A stretch of 64,000 nt of DNA, from contig NC_135810.1 of assembly GCF_964213995.1 (NCBI RefSeq), forward strand, positions 67,952,001-68,016,000, given 5' to 3'. This stretch comes from Mustelus asterias. Its lineage: Eukaryota. Below, in pieces: positions 12,463 through 24,091 of this stretch. Made by a program: the position numbers and the translations under genes. Each line of letters begins with the position of its first letter. The first letter of the stretch is position 1. The notes under the pieces are model-generated. The model did not search any database and was not told the origin of the DNA. It saw only the letters and a program-made list of their open reading frames with translations.

Positions 12463-13259
12463 CATAGAGCACAAATGCAAGGAAATCATGCTAAATCTTT
12501 ATAAAACTCTGCTCAAGTCTTGGTTGGAGTATTGTATCCAATCCTGGACACCATACTTTAGAAAGGATGTCAAGGCCTTGGAGAGGTTGCAGAGAAGAAT
12601 TACTAGAATTGTCTTAAGGAATGAAGAACTTTGGTTATTGTGGACAGACAACAGAAACAGGGACTGTTCTTCTTTGAGTGGAGAAGGTTAAGAAGAGATT
12701 TAATGGAGATGTTCAAGATTATGATAAGTTTTGATAGAGTAGAAAGGGAGGGGAAAATCAGAGGACGCAATGATGTGTTATGATCTGAAATGCAGTGGTT
12801 GAAACAGATTGAACAACAACTTTCAAAAGGGGATAAATATTTGAAAAGAAAAACTAGGCTCTGAGGAAAGAGCTTGGGTGTGGGATAATTGGATCAAAGA
12901 GCTAGAACAGGCATCAAGAACCAAATGGCATCATTACGTTCTATGATTCTATGATAATTGCCAAGATTGGGGCCAGAACATTTTAAAGGTCAATTTTGTT
13001 TGTATCTTGACATTTTTTACCTTCTCTGCGGGTACCCACTTAATGGATGTACTTTGTCTCAATAGAGGTGGGATGTGCAATTTGTTATTTTAATTGCGGA
13101 ATTAACCTGATTAATATAAATATTAAAGCCTCTGTTAAAGTAGCAGAAGCAGGAATTTTAGACAAAAGTGTTAAGTATTTAATGTTAGCATCTAACAGCA
13201 TAATTTCACAGCCAGTATGATTTACAGATAGCATTTTGTGTTTATAAACTAAACCAAGT

Positions 13260-13606
13260 TCATAGAATCATAGAATCCCTACAATGTAGAAGGAGGCCAT
13301 TTGGCCCATCGAATCTGCACCAACTCATCAAAGAGCATCTTACCCAGGCCTCCACCCTATTCCCGTAACACCACGCATTTACCAAGGCTATTCCACCTAA
13401 GCTACACATCTTTGGACACTATGGGTCAATTTAGCATGTTAATCCACCTGACCTGCACATCTTTTGATTGTGGGAGGAAACCGGAGCACCTGGAGGAAAC
13501 CTACGCAGACACAGGGAGAACGTGCAAACTCCATAGTCACCCAAAGCTGGAATCAAACCTGGGTCCCTGCTGCCTCACAGCGCCAACCACTGAGCCACCA
13601 TGTCGC
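13260..13606 (-). mobile_element. HE1-like tRNA SINE (V-SINE) with CR1 tail
   Basis: A/B-box head, central ccggtttcctcccaca..caaaagatgtgc and (ttctatga)n tail. Confidence 0.88.
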
Positions 13607-13661
13607 AATTGCCATAGCTTTATCAGAAAGATGGTGCATCTTCAACTTTTTCTTGGCTATT

Positions 13662-15810
13662 AGGGGTGATTTTGCACCTGTGTTCACTGCAAATGCAAAT
13701 GGTGACATGGACAAAAATATTGTGAGACTCGGAAAACAAGAACCTCGCTGGGAAAATCTCATTTTCTGATTTTCCCCATCCCTTGTTGGTAACAAGATTC
13801 CTGCTCAGGAAGGTTGGGAACCTCAGCCGCGATATTCCCAAAAGTGCTGAATTGGCAGGCAAACTGTTCTAAATCCCGACTGTTTTGTGAGTTCAGCTTC
13901 TCAGCTGAATCTCTGCACTCTGTGCACTGCAGAGGTCCCAGTCGTGAATATCATTTAAAACCCCGGGGAGGGGGCGGGGGGGGGGGGGGGGGGGGGGGCG
14001 CTATTCGCGCCAGAGTCTGACACTTCTGAAACTCTGCGCATGCACAGTGGCTCCAATCCGGCAGTCTCCCTGTTTGCTGGCCAACTCGATCATTGATCGG
14101 CCCGGGACTCCTGCAGTGCTGCCCCTCCAGCCCACTCCCACCCCCACAGCCCGCTCGCGGCCCCCTCAGCAATTCCCGGGCCAGCCCTGACCCTCCCCGG
14201 TCCTGGAGCGCCCCGACGCACAGCTGACACCCCCCCCCTCCCCAGCAGTGGCGATCCCCCCACCTCCCTCACCCTGGCCGACCCCCTCACCCTGGCCGAC
14301 CACCCCCCCCGGAAGGCAGCCCCCCCGTCCCGTCCCGGCAAACCAACACCACCCCCACCCCCAGCCCACTCCAATCGCTGCCCTCCCTCCATCCCAGATC
14401 AATCCTGTCTGCAGAGTGGCAGCGGGACTCCCCACCCCCACAGATTCCCCCATGCTCCGCCCACAATAGGCCCCACCCCCTAGGCACTGCCTAATGCCCG
14501 GTGGGCAGTACCAAGGTGCCCCCAGGGCATGGGCACTTTGACTCTTGGGCAGTGCCAGGGGGCACAGGCTGGTACTACCAATGCCCAGAGGGCACCACCC
14601 CCCTGATGCGCTATCAATAAGGCGAAAGACTACCGGTGTGCCAATACAAGTGTAGGCTTTTATTCACAACAGAATCAGGAGCAGATCCCAACAAATAACC
14701 GACCTGGAATGAACAAGGGGGAGGAGTCAGCCACCTTTATACTAGGTGCCGAGGGGAGGAGCCAAACCGGAAGGGGATGTGTCCAGGTATGACAAACACA
14801 CACAACGGTGGTCCAAATAGGACAAAGGCACAACTGAAGTCCACCACACCCCCGACCGCCCAACCCCCCTCTTCTTTCCGACGGGGTCTCCCTCTAGTTC
14901 TAGTTCGAGTGGGGAGCTAGTCTGAACCCCGCCGGAATGAAGTACTCCTGACAGGGTAATAGATTTGATTGGGACCTGAAAGTTCCCAATAATGACCTGC
15001 TAAACATATTTTAAAAGATTCAAATGACTTACCTGCTTTCCCGCCAGTTTCCAGTGTGGTCCCAACTGCAACTGTTCTCCAGCTCTGGGAGATGCGCATG
15101 CGTTCCCGGCGCATGTGCAAATCCCGGTACAAGGCCAGCGACGTGCATCTCCCACCTAGACCCGCCAGAAAAGTTGTGGGTCACGATGGGAGAATCGCGG
15201 CTCACATTTCAATACATTTCCATATAATTAGCGGGCTTCCCAACTGTATTATCCCCCCACATTTGGAATTCCCCTAGTTTACAACTGCTTTTCAAAACAT
15301 GAATCAGAAAAGGAAACCACCAGTGACAATCGGTAAGTATAGCTCTCAGGGGGAGAGGGACATGCTTGGACAGTAGTACCCTGACACTACCCTTGGCAAT
15401 GTTAAGGTGCTGTGCCAGGGTGCCAGCAGACAGTTATGGGGGCTGTAACGGGGGTCTATAGGGGAGTTCCACTGGGGGATTTCCCTTATCATTTGGAGGT
15501 GCCTCATGAGCGTGTTGGGGAGTATTCCCCTTCTGTGTATGGGTCAGGGGGTGACAACCCCCATGTCCGTGTGCATGTGGGAGGAGTTCCTGTTTTTCCT
15601 ATCGGGTATTGGAAACCGTTTAAAAATTGCATCCCAATCTCAGGATTGTGGCTGCTGGCTTTTTCCGGTCCCAATCTACCAGGAACACATCTCCAGATTC
15701 TTTCTGCATGGGGTACTGGATGATCTGGAGAGAAAACTCGGTTGTACAGCCTGCAAGCTGGTTTTCCCACCTCAGTCAACACTCTGTGCACAGAATGGAA
15801 AATTCTGTCC
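13662..15810. mobile_element. PIF/Harbinger non-autonomous element(s), GC-rich
   Basis: ggggtgattttg start and ..ggaaaattctgtcc end, poly-G/C tracts, tgcgcatg motifs and tgccagg/gggca repeats shared with the other copies. It may be two nested copies. Confidence 0.65.
14604..14848 (-). mobile_element. Short solo LTR (245 bp), Gypsy-type
   Basis: On the minus strand: TGTGGTG...TATAAA...AATAAA...CATCA, flanked by CCCCC on both sides. CpGs are retained. Confidence 0.8.
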
Positions 15811-16139
15811 ATTATTTTTCATATTACCAACTGACGTTGTTTTCTGAGCATGTCCGTATACCGGATTCTTTAATGGCATTAAGAGTAACATTGATAACAA
15901 AGCACAGGACTAGTTTTAGGAACAATATGAGTCTCTTTATCATTATGTTATTATAGCTTCCACACATTTCACTCATACACAACACTCTAGTGAGGGAGCA
16001 TTCAATTTCTACTTGTTGTCATTTTATATGTTCATTATTGGGTAATGGAACACTACACCAAGGGTGAATAATTGTCACTATAATCTCACTAAATTTAAAC
16101 AAATCTAATGTTCTCCTAGTTTACTGATAGCACTTAAAA

Positions 16140-16500
16140 GTAGATAAAGGGTCTGGAAAGAATGGACATGGGGAAGATGTTTCCTTTAGTAGGAGACTAA
16201 GATCCAAGGGCACAACCTTAAAATAAAGGGACAACTCTCTAGAACCGAGATGAGGAGGAATTTCTTTAGCTAGAGGGTGCTGAATCTGTGGAATTCATTG
16301 CCACAGAAGATTGTGGAAATCTGGTCATTGAGTGTATTTAAGACAGAGATAGATAAGTTCTTGATTAGTAAGGGGGTCAAAGGTTACAGTGAAAAGGCAG
16401 CAGAATGGGGTTGAGAAACTTATAAGCCATGATTGAATGGCGGAGCAGACTCAATAGGCCGAATGGCCTATTTCTGCTCCTATATCTTATGGTCTTACGG
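16140..16500 (+). mobile_element. CR1 3'-end fragment
   Basis: GHNLKIKG..RTEMRRNFFS.RVLNLWNSLPQ and the 3' UTR aatggcctatttctgctcctatatcttatgg. Confidence 0.88.
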
Positions 16501-17955
16501 TTTAAAATCAATGCAGCAGATTTAGTTTCATTACAAATGTTTGAACTTGTATATTATCAGGTACATTTTTTTTAAAGGATTACTGAAACTTTTGAGAAAA
16601 TCTGTATCCATATCTTTATCATTATTAGTTCACAACACATTAAGGGATATTTTAATTATTGGACCAAATTTGGCATTAAAAAAATGATACACCTACCTGC
16701 AACCTTCAGTGAGAGACCTGAGCAATTAGGCATCATTAGAATAGAGTCGGCAAACAACCTTATGCTCAATGAGCAGCTCACCGAACTGGGGTAGAGTTGG
16801 GGGCAATATTGGGGTGGGTAGATGTAGAAAATCTGGCAGTTCCATGAATGAACTGACGAGAAGTTGACACTATGTCTAATGGGATGAAAATAGGGTAAAT
16901 TGTACAAAGGCTGGATGATCCAGTTTCTCTGGTTATTGCCCTGGCAATTAAACTGAAATGACACCTGGTATCTCCAATATTATTTTTTTTTGTATTGGTA
17001 ATCTGAGACTACAGAAAGTAATGGGGATTCAACCAGCCCATAAAGTCCCCCAGTTTCACTTTAGAGAAAGTTTGCTTTGTTGCAACACAGTGCTCAAACT
17101 AAGAAAAAATACTCAGAACAAGTAATTAAATACTAATCAGTCAGATGGTATTACTCATATTATGAATGCTTTACTTTACAGAAAGATTGAGATTTGCATG
17201 AATAAGACAACAGGATCAGCTGACTGACATGGCAGGAAATGATTATTTTTTACTTTTGAAATGCCTAGGCAATTTGTGTTTTGTGGTTATTTGTTGGTTT
17301 TGTTCATGGAAATGTTTTAAATTTAAGTATTAGTGATTACACAAGGGACAGTCAATGATAGCATGGATTGAGGTTGGTGACTGTGCTGCATGGGGTGCTG
17401 ACAATCATATGTTGGGGGTTTGCAATTTTTAAAATTCATTTTAGAGATGTGAGCATCACTGGCAGGACTACCATTTATTGCCTTTTCCTAACTGGCGAGC
17501 CACCTTCTTGAACTGCTGCAGTCCATCTTGCAATAGTATGGAGGAGAAACCAGGTTGGCTTCGAGATCCAGTATATGAACTCCTCTTGGTCCACAAACAG
17601 CGCAGGAAAAGTGCTTACCTCTTCAATGCAGCAAAAGCTCATCTTCCTTTAACTGATGGATTTCCAAAGCCTAGAAAACCTATCTGACTTTTATTAAAGC
17701 TGAAAGAGAGATAAAATCTAAGATACAGAGCCACATTGAAATGTTCAAACATCAAGCATCTGTTCCGCTTCGGGACAGGTGGGAGGCCACTTGCACCTTC
17801 ACCCCATTTCCACCTCTGGTAAAACCAGAAGTGGGTGAGTTGGGTTTGTACCTGAGATTTCATATGTTTTGACATCCCATCCAACCCAAAAGAACCCATT
17901 TTTGTCAGATAAAATTACCCCCTGAATGTCTCTGTATAGAATCATCAACTTGATT

Positions 17956-18267
17956 GGGCGGCACGGTGGCACAGTGGTTAGCACTGCTGCCTCACAGCAC
18001 CAGGGACCTGGGTTCGATTCCAGTCTTGGCTGACTGTCTGTGTGGAGTTTGCACATTCTCTCCGTGTCAGCGTGGGTTTCCTCTGGGTGCTCCAGTTTCC
18101 TCCCACTGTCCGAAGATATGCAGATTAGGTTGATTGGCCCCTTAGTATCAGGGGGATTAGCAGAGTAAATACGAGGGGTTATAGGGATAGGGCTTGGGTG
18201 GGATTGAGGTCTGTGCAGGCTTGATGGGCCAAATGGCCTCCTTCTGCACTGTAGGGATTCTAAGATT
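17956..18267 (+). mobile_element. HE1-like SINE
   Basis: gggcggcacggtggcacagtggttagcactgctgcctcacag (A-box), gggttcgattcc (B-box) and a CR1-like tail. Confidence 0.93.
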
Positions 18268-18989
18268 GGTTGAGAATATACACATGTGCTTACCTTGATC
18301 ACAGACGTCCCAAATCTCCTGTTGAACGTGCTGCAATAAGTGGCTCACTAATGACCACAAACCACAATGTAAAAAGCCTACAGAAAGTCTGTGGGCACAC
18401 GTAGGTGGTCGAAAATAAAGTAACTACATAACAAACATTTCACTGGCTCCACAATTCCTTTGAATGAGTGTCCTTTGTTCACTGCAAAATATGAGCCATT
18501 ATCTTTTGAATCATTTCAATGTCAACCAGCAAATCTGCACCTGTGTGTGTATGTCAATGAATTTTTTTTAATACAAAGATATTATAAAATGTAAACCACA
18601 ATTTATTATTATTCTAATTATACAAGAAAGTATGTCCCTGGAAGGGAAAGTAGTTGTTAACTAAGCAGAGTTATTAAGAGCCTATATACATTCTGCCTGT
18701 GTTTTCTTTGTGTTCCTGGAGAGTTCCTTTACTTTAATACTTTTTGATGTGAAGCACAGAATTTACATTAGATACTATGCAATGTCTGAAGTATGATGAC
18801 CGTGTGGAGAGCTCTGGCCTGGACTGTGGGCTCAAGTGAAATGTTTGTAATATAGTTACCTTATTTTTGATCATAATATAAATTAATTTATGGAAGAGAT
18901 TAAATCTAAATGCTTTAGTCTTAGAATATCAATTTGAATCTAGATTCGTAAAAACTTAATGGTAAATTATCACCTGAATGTACTCACTT

Positions 18990-19853
18990 CACAGATGCTC
19001 GAGCAGCGCAACAGGCCGGGAGACATCAGTGGAGACAGTTTTGTGGGTTTCCTGCTGGGCGCTTGGGTCTCCGCTCGCCTCTGTGGCAAAGATGAGCATT
19101 TCCATATCATTAGCAGGCCCAGGACTGAAGTTTCAAGGCTCGCTAACATCTCCCTACCAGGCATGGTTCACTCCAGCAGTATTTACAACTACTCCCCACT
19201 AACTGGGAACAGACAGCCCGACCTGGCTGGAGTGAAGAGAGGCCATTGAGGCCCTCCCAGGAGGTCGGAGGAAGGGGGGGTGCCTGCTGGGCAGTGTCAG
19301 CCTGGCCCCCTGGGACTGTCTAAGGGACAAACTGGCAATGCCCTAGAAGCATCTTGGCACTGCCCACCGAGCATCAGGCAGTGCCAAAGGGGCATGGCCA
19401 GCAGGGGTGGGGCCTATTGGGGATAGGACCTATTGGGGACTGATCGGTGGGGGTCCTACTGCCACTCTGCCAGAGGATCGCAGGCAGAGGGATGGAAGAG
19501 GCCTGGAGAAGTCCAGGAGGCCAGTGATTGGGGGGTGGTGGGGCAGCAATGGGGGGGTTGCAGGGCTGGCCAGCAATCTGAAGGCGGCAATGTGGGGCCA
19601 CTGTGCATGAGGCTGATCTCCACTCTGACAGATCGAAGCATGTGCAGTGGTCTGCCCAACGCAATGTTACTAGCCTCTCAGGTGGGAATAGGCCTTGCCC
19701 ACTGATTTTCAGAGTGAATCCCGCTTGGGCACCCTGTGATGCACAGAGTGTGGGTGATTCAAGCTGAAAATCCCGCTGAAAAAAAACACAGGAGTTACTC
19801 CCATTTTCACGCAAAAATTGGGGACTTCAAATTTTTGGGGGAGAATCCTGGCC
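18990..19853. mobile_element. Harbinger non-autonomous element, same family as 63119-63853
   Basis: Colinear similarity with 63145-63853, for example gggagacatcag, ctccccactaac.gggaac and the end gggagaatcctggc. Confidence 0.75.
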
Positions 19854-20019
19854 AAAGTGTTTACTTTAATTTTTTTTCTGGATTTTGCACATTAAAAATC
19901 TTACATGTTTCTGAATGGCCAAGGGAAACAAAAGCAAAAGTGTCACATGGAGTAACTGAGATTTAATATCAGTCAATTTTTCAATTTGAAATATATCATA
20001 GGGCGTCTGTAGGGATGGC

Positions 20020-21527
20020 TCCGCAGGGACAAGGGTTAACCACTCAGGAAGTGGCTGATGATGCCTATGTGGAGGCCACAACCACTAGCGGAGACTTGAT
20101 ACAATGAGGCTCATGCTTCAACGTGTGATGGGACTTCTTCAGTCGGCCTTGCAGTCTGAAGAGGGATGCTGTCATCCCTTCCTGATGCTTGCAGTTCCAC
20201 CAACTCTGGACCAACTGGATGAGGGGCACATCATAAGCCAGGGGCCCATCAGAGTCCTGGCCTCTGGCATCCCTCTGAGTGCTAGTTTCCTGGGATGTTC
20301 CTTCCTCCCCCTGCTGTGGATCATCAGCTGTGATGTGTTCACCTGTGAGTGACCCAGAAGCCAGCCTACTTAGTGAACCCGCCAAGGTATAAATAAGTAT
20401 CTGTGCTGGTGCCAGGTGACAGCTGTGATGCATCAATGTGGGGCTTGAGAAGTCTCCCTCGGAGCTGCTCGTATCCGATGGGGTAATGAGGATGGTCCAG
20501 ACTGCTCGGCTGCTTTGCCTGCAAGAGAAGGGAGATGGCATGAGTGCATTACAGGGAATGTGGAGGGAACATTGAATACTCACTTGGAGCTTGAAGAATG
20601 ACTGCGTGTCCTGAGGATTCTCAGATTTGTCTGCTGCCCCGTCATCACCATCAATGGAAGCGCGCTCTTTCTCCTCCCCAGCGAGCTCGAGTGCTTTCTT
20701 CTCAAAGAGTGTGAGGGTTCTGAGCTCCAGCATGAGTCTGGCTGGCTGTGCTTGCTCATGCTTGTTGTGGTTGAGTTTGTCCTGCAATGATACAGATGGG
20801 GAGAGTGTAGGCAGGAGTTGTGAGAGTGAAGATGGTGATGAGTTATGACAGGCATGGGGGCTTGAGTGGGAGCTGAAGTTTAAGGAGCATGGCAGCTAAT
20901 GGAGGGGAAATGGTGATTGGGGGAGGTGGGATGAGGGCCTCGTGCCTGGTGTTGGCAACTCTCGAGTGGCTGGGTGAGAGACGGAGTAGGAGATACGGGG
21001 AGTGTATGAGGGGATCCAGAGAGAGACTGGAAGTGGTTCACTTACCCTAGCTGAGCGAAGAAGATTGTTCATCATCTTCCGACACTGCTGTCCCACCCTC
21101 TTTTGCAGTGAGCTGGCACTCACAAGGACTGCCACTGCATCCCAGGCGGAGGTGGTGACCCTGCTGGAAGGCCGCCTTCTGGAGTGGGGTGTCCCACCTC
21201 TGCTCTACTCCATCCAGCAGTCTGATCAGGGTTCCTTCCAAAAGCGAGGTGCGAACTTCTTGGCTGCCATCCCCTGGGATAGATCTAGAACAAGTGCTGG
21301 GAAGTTGTTTATATAGAGCTCTGCAGTGATTGTTGCAGTTAAGTTATGGCAGTGCGGGTGAATCAGAGGGAGCAGGCTATGAGTGTGGCATGATTTTCAA
21401 GTGCTTAAAAATTTTTACTAATGAGACCGAAGATTCGGTCTGAAATCATGCCGGAGGCATTGGTGGGAATCACTCCATTTTTCACACCAGAACCAACACT
21501 CTGTCAAATTCTCATAAGATTCCACCC
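20020..21527 (-). mobile_element. Harbinger remnant carrying a decayed, intron-containing Myb/SANT-like gene
   Basis: MAAKKFAPRF..LIRLLDGVEQR; VSASSLQKRVGQQCRKMMNNLLRSAR followed by a GTAAGT donor; next exon DKLNHNKHEQ..LTLFEKKALELAG. The terminus gggtggaatctta lies next to TAA. Confidence 0.78.
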
Positions 21528-24091
21528 TTAATGAAACTGTCATTATACTACTATTGTACTGTACTTATTAAAATAACTTGCTACAAATAAAATATTAAAA
21601 TATTCTGCAAATGCCCCAGGAGCAAAACTATGGAGAGTTAAAGTACTTTCTACCTGCCGAGAAGCTATTTTACTGCAAATCATTTCCTATATATAGCTGA
21701 TGGAATGGGCAAATATTTATTTTACAATTAACATTTCTTCCAGGAAACCTATACACTTTTCACACCGGCAGACTAAGTACAGTGCAGTCATAAACTGGTC
21801 TCTGATATTACAAACTGATACTGACATTTACTGAGTTGCTGTCAACTTTAACTTAATCACTTGGTTTATGTACCATTACCCATAATACATAGGCCAGTGG
21901 GCAAGGTCATGAATCCCTTCAGGTTAAAGGAGACTATTTCTGTTTCAAATTACACACTATATCAGTCGCCACATCCTTCCAAAATCTTACCAACAATTGC
22001 AGTGGGTTGACTTTTCTAATTTAGTGGCTAGTTGGTTTACTTTCCTACTTCTGATGTTCAAAATTGACATTAATTCACACATTGGTGCAGTTATATTTGG
22101 AGGAGCTACATAAATACAATGTTTGGCATAATTGTTCATATCATAGAATCAGCACATTTTTCCACATGTGGACCAAGGCTGTGATGCGGTCTGGAGCCAA
22201 GTGGGCCTGATGGAATCCAGACTGACTATCAGTGAATATTGATGAGTTGTTTCACTTACAGCACATCTGACAACGTCTTCCATCACTGTGTTGATTATTG
22301 AGAGTAGACTGATGAGGCAAATTTGTCCTTTTTTTTGTGGATAGCAAATGTCAGGACAATTTTCGACTTTGCCAGGGGGATACCAAAATTATTGCTCTAC
22401 TGGGCAGAGGTGCAGTTATTTCTACAGGACTAGTCTTCAGCACAGCAGCCGACACACCTCTGGGGCATCTAGCCTTTGCCTTATTCAGTGCAATCAGCCA
22501 ATCCTTAATATGGAGTGAATCAAATTGGCTGAAGACTGACTTTTGTGATGTAGGTACCCAAGGAGCAGACCAAGATGAATCAGACTCACTCCTACCAATA
22601 CATGCAAAACAGCATTGTGGTTATGTTACTTGGCTCGTCGTCCAGAAGTCTGGATTACTCTTATAAATTCAAACCCCACCCCAGCTGCTGAGGAATTCCG
22701 GCAATCAAATAAACCTGGAAGAAAAAGCAGATACAGTAATGGTGACCAACAAATTACGAGCTTGTCATAAAACTTACCTGGTTACCTATGCTTTTATTCA
22801 GTCTAGTCTGTATGTTACTTGGCCACAACAAGGTGGTTTTCCTCTGAAAATGTCCTAGCCAGTCGTACCAAACTGCTACAAGAAAGTCGAGGAAAAATAA
22901 AACTGGATGGACCGCACAGCATTAACCCAGGTACCATACAGCCAGAGCACATGCAGCCCAGTCAATCCTACAAAATTCTCCTCCGTGCCATTTGGAGATT
23001 TGTGCAAAATTGGGTGAGCTTTCCCACAGATTAGCCACATTTTCATATATTTCAGCCAAAACCAGACCCTTCCATCACTGTCCTGTCCTGATGGCAGAGT
23101 GGACCCACCAGTGGTGGCATGGCAGCACAGTGGTATAGGAATTTTGGTTTTCATTCACGGGATGTGGGCATCACTGGCCAGTCCAGTATTTGCTGTCCAT
23201 CCCTAATTGCCCTTGAGCTGAGTGGCTTACTAGGCTATTTTGGAGAGCAGTAAAGAGCCAGCCACATTGCTATGGCTCTGGAGTCAATTGTAAAGCAGAC
23301 CAGGTACCCATCTCCAGTATTTTCCTTCCACCTGGACTCTGGCCTCTTAACCATTCGGTCTCTTTATTCAAGGCTGATATTGGTCGTCTCAATTTCTCTG
23401 TATCCCCCACGCTCTTGTCTCCCTCTGAACTTGCAGCTGTCCATTCTTTTAAGACCAGCCCAATCATTTGTTACCAAAGCTGCTTGCAAGGGTGGTGTTG
23501 TTGTTATCTGCCTTACTCACCTCTAGTCAACAGAGGATGAATGGCAACTTTCTGACACTTATCTTCCTCGGAGCATTATGCCACACCTAATATTAAACTA
23601 TTATCTCCAGAACTGTTAGCACTGGAGAGGTTCACTCCTCAACTTCTACTTTCCTCTACTCCAGCATCTACTTTCTCAGAAGACTAAGGAAATTTGGCAT
23701 GTCTGCTACGACTCTCACCAACCTTTACAGATGTACCATAGAAAGCATTCTTTCTGGTTGTATCACAGCTTGGTATGGCTCCTGCTCTGTCCAAGACCGC
23801 AAGAAACTACAAAGGGTCATGAGCGAAGCCCAGTCCATCACTCAAACCAGCCTCACACCCATTGACACTGTCTACACTTCCCACTGCCTCAGCAAAGCAG
23901 CCAGCATAATTAAGGACCCCACGCACCGTGGACATACTTTCTTCCACCTCCTTCCGTTGGGAAAAAGATATAAAAGTCTGAGGACACGTACCAACCAACT
24001 CAAGAACAGTTTCTTCCCTGCTGCCATCAGACTTTTGAATGGACCTACCTCGCATTAAATTGATCTTTCTCTACACCCTAGCTATGACTGT

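Larger units (their letters stand above)
9340..12955 (+). mobile_element. Old degenerate CR1 (RT to 3' end), split into 9340-10265, 10823-10915 and 12465-12955 by nested inserts
   Basis: Degenerate PEDWRIANVTLLFKK, VYIDFQKAF and SGSLKDQ motifs, then LYKTLLKSWLEYCIQSWTPYFRKDVKALERLQRR and the tail ttctatgattctatga. Confidence 0.8.

Noticed and set aside
13951-14487. Clusters of Pro/Gly-rich ORFs (also 32700-33153 and 62133-62707)
   Set aside because: They are artefacts of poly-G/poly-C tracts in Harbinger derivatives.
17956-18025. tRNA-like A/B boxes here and in about 12 other places
   Set aside because: These are SINE heads followed by SINE bodies, not tRNA genes.
18988-19080. CpG-containing minus-strand segment with a cag acceptor and gtgagt donor, resembling a coding exon
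   Set aside because: It is colinear with the Harbinger element at 63145-63230, so it is transposon sequence.
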